DNA of 64,000 nucleotides. Origin: the human T2T-CHM13v2.0 reference genome, Homo sapiens. Below the pieces are notes generated by a model. That model searched no databases. It had not been told where the DNA came from and saw only the letters and a program-made list of their open reading frames with translations. The stretch lies in NCBI RefSeq assembly GCF_009914755.1, contig NC_060935.1. One strand, 5' to 3'. Positions 59,130 to 64,000 of the stretch are shown here, piece by piece (within the stretch, counting starts at the first letter, position 1; each line of letters begins with the position of its first letter). Both the position numbers and the translations under genes were made by a program.

Positions 59130-60300
59130 CTGAGGAAGGGCCCGGGCGCGCAGGCGGCGGCTAGCGCTGGAGCCCCAGCCAGCTCCCTCTCCCCACGTGC
59201 GCGCTAGGCCTTGGTTACTCTGGCAACTCGCCCCGCTCAGACGGCACCAGGCAGCTGAATCCAGCCCCTTGTTACGGGGGAAAATGCTCTCATTGAAGCG
59301 CCGGAGCGCAGCTTCTGCCTTTTATTGCAAGCGGCGCCACCGGCTTCCATTTGTAAACTTATTAGTGTGCGCTCGCGGGGAGGGGGCTCGGGAATCCGGG
59401 CCCGGGCAACCGGCGCCGCATGCTAATCAGGGGGCGCCCGCCCCCGCTTTGCCCGTGGCCCTCCTTTCCCGATTCCCCGACGTTTCGGGAGGAGTGGGGT
59501 CGGAGCGCAGGGCTGGGAAGGGTCTTAGGACCCAGGAAGGAGACGGGTGCCTCCCAGAGAGGACCCCATCCCCTCCGAGGTCCGGGCGGCTCCCGGCCTC
59601 TCCCTGGGGTGCCGTAGCCCCCCTCGACCCGCCTTCCCGCAGCCGCAGTCGTTCGGGCCTGGAGGTGGCCGGGCATCGGTGCCGACGCCGCGAGGGCAGC
59701 GCCCGCGGCGGGAATACTAATGCACCCTAAAGGGCACGGCCGCCGCCGCAGCAGGTAATTAGCTGGACCGCGGCGGAGCGCGCGGAGGTGGCTGCTGGCT
59801 GCAAGGACTGCGCCCAGCCTCCGCCTCGCCCCTCGAGGCTCCCGCGTGGGCCGGGGCAGTGCGTGGGCCACAGGAAGCGGGCTGACTGGACCCGGCTCAG
59901 GACTTCGCACAAGGGCAGCTCTTTGTTTACAGCTCCTCTCCCAGCTCCCCGCTTTCCTTTCGCCCACCGCCTCCCTTTTCCGGCGATCGGCTCCGCCGGC
60001 TGCGGGGGGGTGGGGGGGTGGGGTGTCCTGTGTAGCCGCCCACCTCCTGTCCCGGCCTCGTGCTCCCGCTGGGGACTGTTTGCGGTGAGTCTGTCGCACG
60101 CACGTCAGGGCCGAGGCAGTGATGCGGGGCAGCGTGGGAGGACGGGCTGCGGAGCCCGCGTCATCCTGCCCGTGGGGAGCGCTGTGCCTGCTCTCCTGCC
60201 AGCGCGCCCAGCTGTCCCGGCCGCCGCCACGCGGGACTGCCTGCCATGTCGCCACCGGCTGCTGACCTCATTAGGCCTCATGTCATGGAGGAGCCGGCGA
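59130..60300. promoter_or_regulatory. Intragenic CpG island (alternative promoter or enhancer)
   Basis: CpG-dense, repeat-free ~1.2 kb; + strand donors CAG|GTAATT (GT at 59755) and GCG|GTGAGT (GT at 60085); EGR site at 59439-59447. Confidence 0.85.
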
Positions 60301-61678
60301 TTAAAGGACTCTAAGAACCAGAGCTAAGTGGCTGCAAAGATACTGACAGCCTCCCTAGAAGCCCACTTTCCAGTGAGCTGCTGCATCCTCTCCTCCTTTA
60401 ATTAGCAGGAATGCGCTGGACAAGTTGTTACAACTGCAGGGAAAACGATAAAAGATGGCTTTGTATTAGTGTGGCAAATTTTATTAAACCGGGAGAAAGG
60501 GTAACTGAAACATGACAGCCGTGTGTGTAGTGCCTCCTGAATTTGTAATAACCCAATCTTGTTCTGAATCATCCCTGTGTTGGCTAAAGGAATATAAAGC
60601 GTTTTACAGATCCAATATTGTACGAGGTACAACAGAACACAGCCGAGTGAGGAAGGACGACAGGTAGGAGAAGGGGGCCTCCAGCGCCCGGCAGCGCTCA
60701 CGGTTAATGAGACCGGAGTAGAAATACAGGGTCTGGCTGCAGGCTTTGCCTCACTAATTACTCCTGCCCCCTGGCTCTTTTCTACATCTCAGTCTTTCCA
60801 CTTATAATTCAGAGGTAATACCTGGCCACATGAGAAAACTTAACTAATAGCACGTTAGTTGCCAGGGAATGGACAAAACCATCTTTTCCTATAGAGAGTG
60901 AAAAGCAAGACAGGAAATCTAGGAGAAAGAGTTGAGACACACGTGGTTATTCTGGGCTTGGGGTGTGACTTTGGTATTAGGCTGGAAGGATGATGCTATG
61001 TTTCCTACCCCTTGAGCCGTGTTGAAAGTAGGCGTCATTGTCTCTAGGATAAAAATCTGAGCCAGGCCCACAGAGGTTAAGTTTTATATCCAAGATACAG
61101 TAAATGGCAGCCTGGATTTGTGCTTTGCACTTTAAAGCCTGTTCTTTGCCTATTACCCTAGGCCTCAGATTTTATTTGACAAATGAAAAGGCAAAAAATT
61201 CTTCATTTGTAGAGGCCGTTTAGTGAACAGTTGTAGCTCTATGAGCTGTAAGGGATTTCCAGAGATCTTCTGATCTAGGCAAGATATTCTTTATTCTGCT
61301 TTTCAGAGGAAGTAACTGGAGTCCAGAGACGTTAGGCACCCTGTCCAGGGTCATCCAGCCAGGAAGTGACTGAGAAAGGAGGCCAGACTTCAAATTCCTT
61401 CTGACTGAGTAAGGTCTCAGGTGTCAGATAAGCCCATGCTGGTGTTAAAATAGACTATTTAAGGTGATTGCCAGCTAATCTACGGACGAAGTTGGGCCAG
61501 CCTGTGATGTGGTTTGGACCCTCCAGATTTGGAATAAAGAAGGTGCTGAGCATATGTGGCACATACTGTTCCAACAACTTGTAAACCCTTTTTTGTCTTG
61601 AGGTTCAGTTTTCTGAGTGGGTAGTACAATAAAGTGGTTTCATTACTGGTGAGCAATTAATGGGTTGACATCAACTAA

Positions 61679-61993
<315 letters not shown>

Positions 61994-62022
<29 letters not shown>

Positions 62023-62175
62023 ACAAGGTCTTGTTGTGTTGGCCTAGCTGGAGTGTAGTTGCTATTCATAGGTGTGGTTGTGCTGCGCTGCTGCCTTGAA
62101 CTCCTGGGCTCAAGTGATTCTCCTGCCTCAGTCTCCTCAGTAGCTGGGACCCCAGGCCATGCCATCACATCCAGC
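61994..62175 (-). mobile_element. FAM (fossil Alu monomer, 7SL-derived)
   Basis: Single arm containing the 7SL-like GCTATTCATAGGTGTG segment absent from dimeric Alus. Confidence 0.75.
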
Positions 62176-62190
62176 TTGTTTTTTGATGTT

Positions 62191-62482
<292 letters not shown>

Positions 62483-62849
62483 TTGATGTTTATGATGTGT
62501 TAAATAATGGAATTAAGACCCAGAGCTCTCAGCAGGATAAGAAAGGGATTAGAAAGGGGATTTCGTGTTAGTTAGCAGAGCAAAGGGTTTGGTACAGACA
62601 CATGGACATGTGACTGAAGGCCTTGTGTGCTGGGACTCCAGAGGGAGACCACAGAGAGTGGCCAGCACTTGCTGAGCAGGGGAAGAGAGTGATGATATCC
62701 ATGAAAGAGACATCCCTGGCTACACTGGGAAGCCCACATTCCCTTCTCAGACACTTGTGGCTGGCCCTAGGTAGTGAGTGGGTATGGGATGTCAACAGGA
62801 GGTATGTCTTATGTGACAGTGTTGGGCTTTTTAAAAGTCTTATGTTCTA

Positions 62850-63740
<891 letters not shown>

Positions 63741-64000
63741 TGACATTTAAGTCTCACCTCTCCTCTTGTGCAATCCTTCTTGCCAAAGATGGAGTTAGAC
63801 CCTCAGAGAGGTTTGCTCCCCACCCAGCAGTAATTAACGTGTCCCTTTTCCCAGCATGGAGAGGAAATGAGCAAAGCCCTTCTGTTAAAAAAAGAAGACA
63901 AAAATATGTAATACAACCCCAGGCTCCAGTTTGGGTTTGCAAAGTGGAAAACAAAACAGAACCATTTTTCAGGTACTTTTATGTTAAGCCTCTCTAATGT

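Noticed and set aside
59197-60327. 177/297/179-aa ORFs in the second island
   Set aside because: Same GC-rich artefact; no recognisable domain.

Overview
Primate, very probably human, genomic DNA (about 30 Alu elements including an AluY, plus MIR, L1, L2, CR1/L3, LTRs and hAT MITEs). I see no credible protein-coding exon: every long ORF in the track is explained by GC-rich CpG-island sequence, Alu or decayed LINE sequence. The window holds the 5' end of a large + strand gene. A CpG-island promoter (~6.95-8.0 kb) carries a near-consensus CTCF site and a short ATG-less first exon ending at a CAG|GTAAGG donor (7636). More than 56 kb of first intron follows, containing a second CpG island (~59.1-60.3 kb) with its own splice donors. 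From memory only, the exon and the ~52 kb island spacing fit GRIK4 (kainate receptor KA1, chr11q23.3); this needs BLAT confirmation. I find no evidence for a novel coding system. The most interesting unexplained structures are two separate short, diverged copies of nearby downstream sequence inserted into old LINEs, a three-armed AluJ/AluY chimera suggesting an Alu-recombination deletion, a chain of AT-rich homeobox/FOX/TCF motif islands that look like intronic enhancers, and a fossil CR1 reverse transcriptase. Repeat subfamily calls and percent identities are by-eye estimates.
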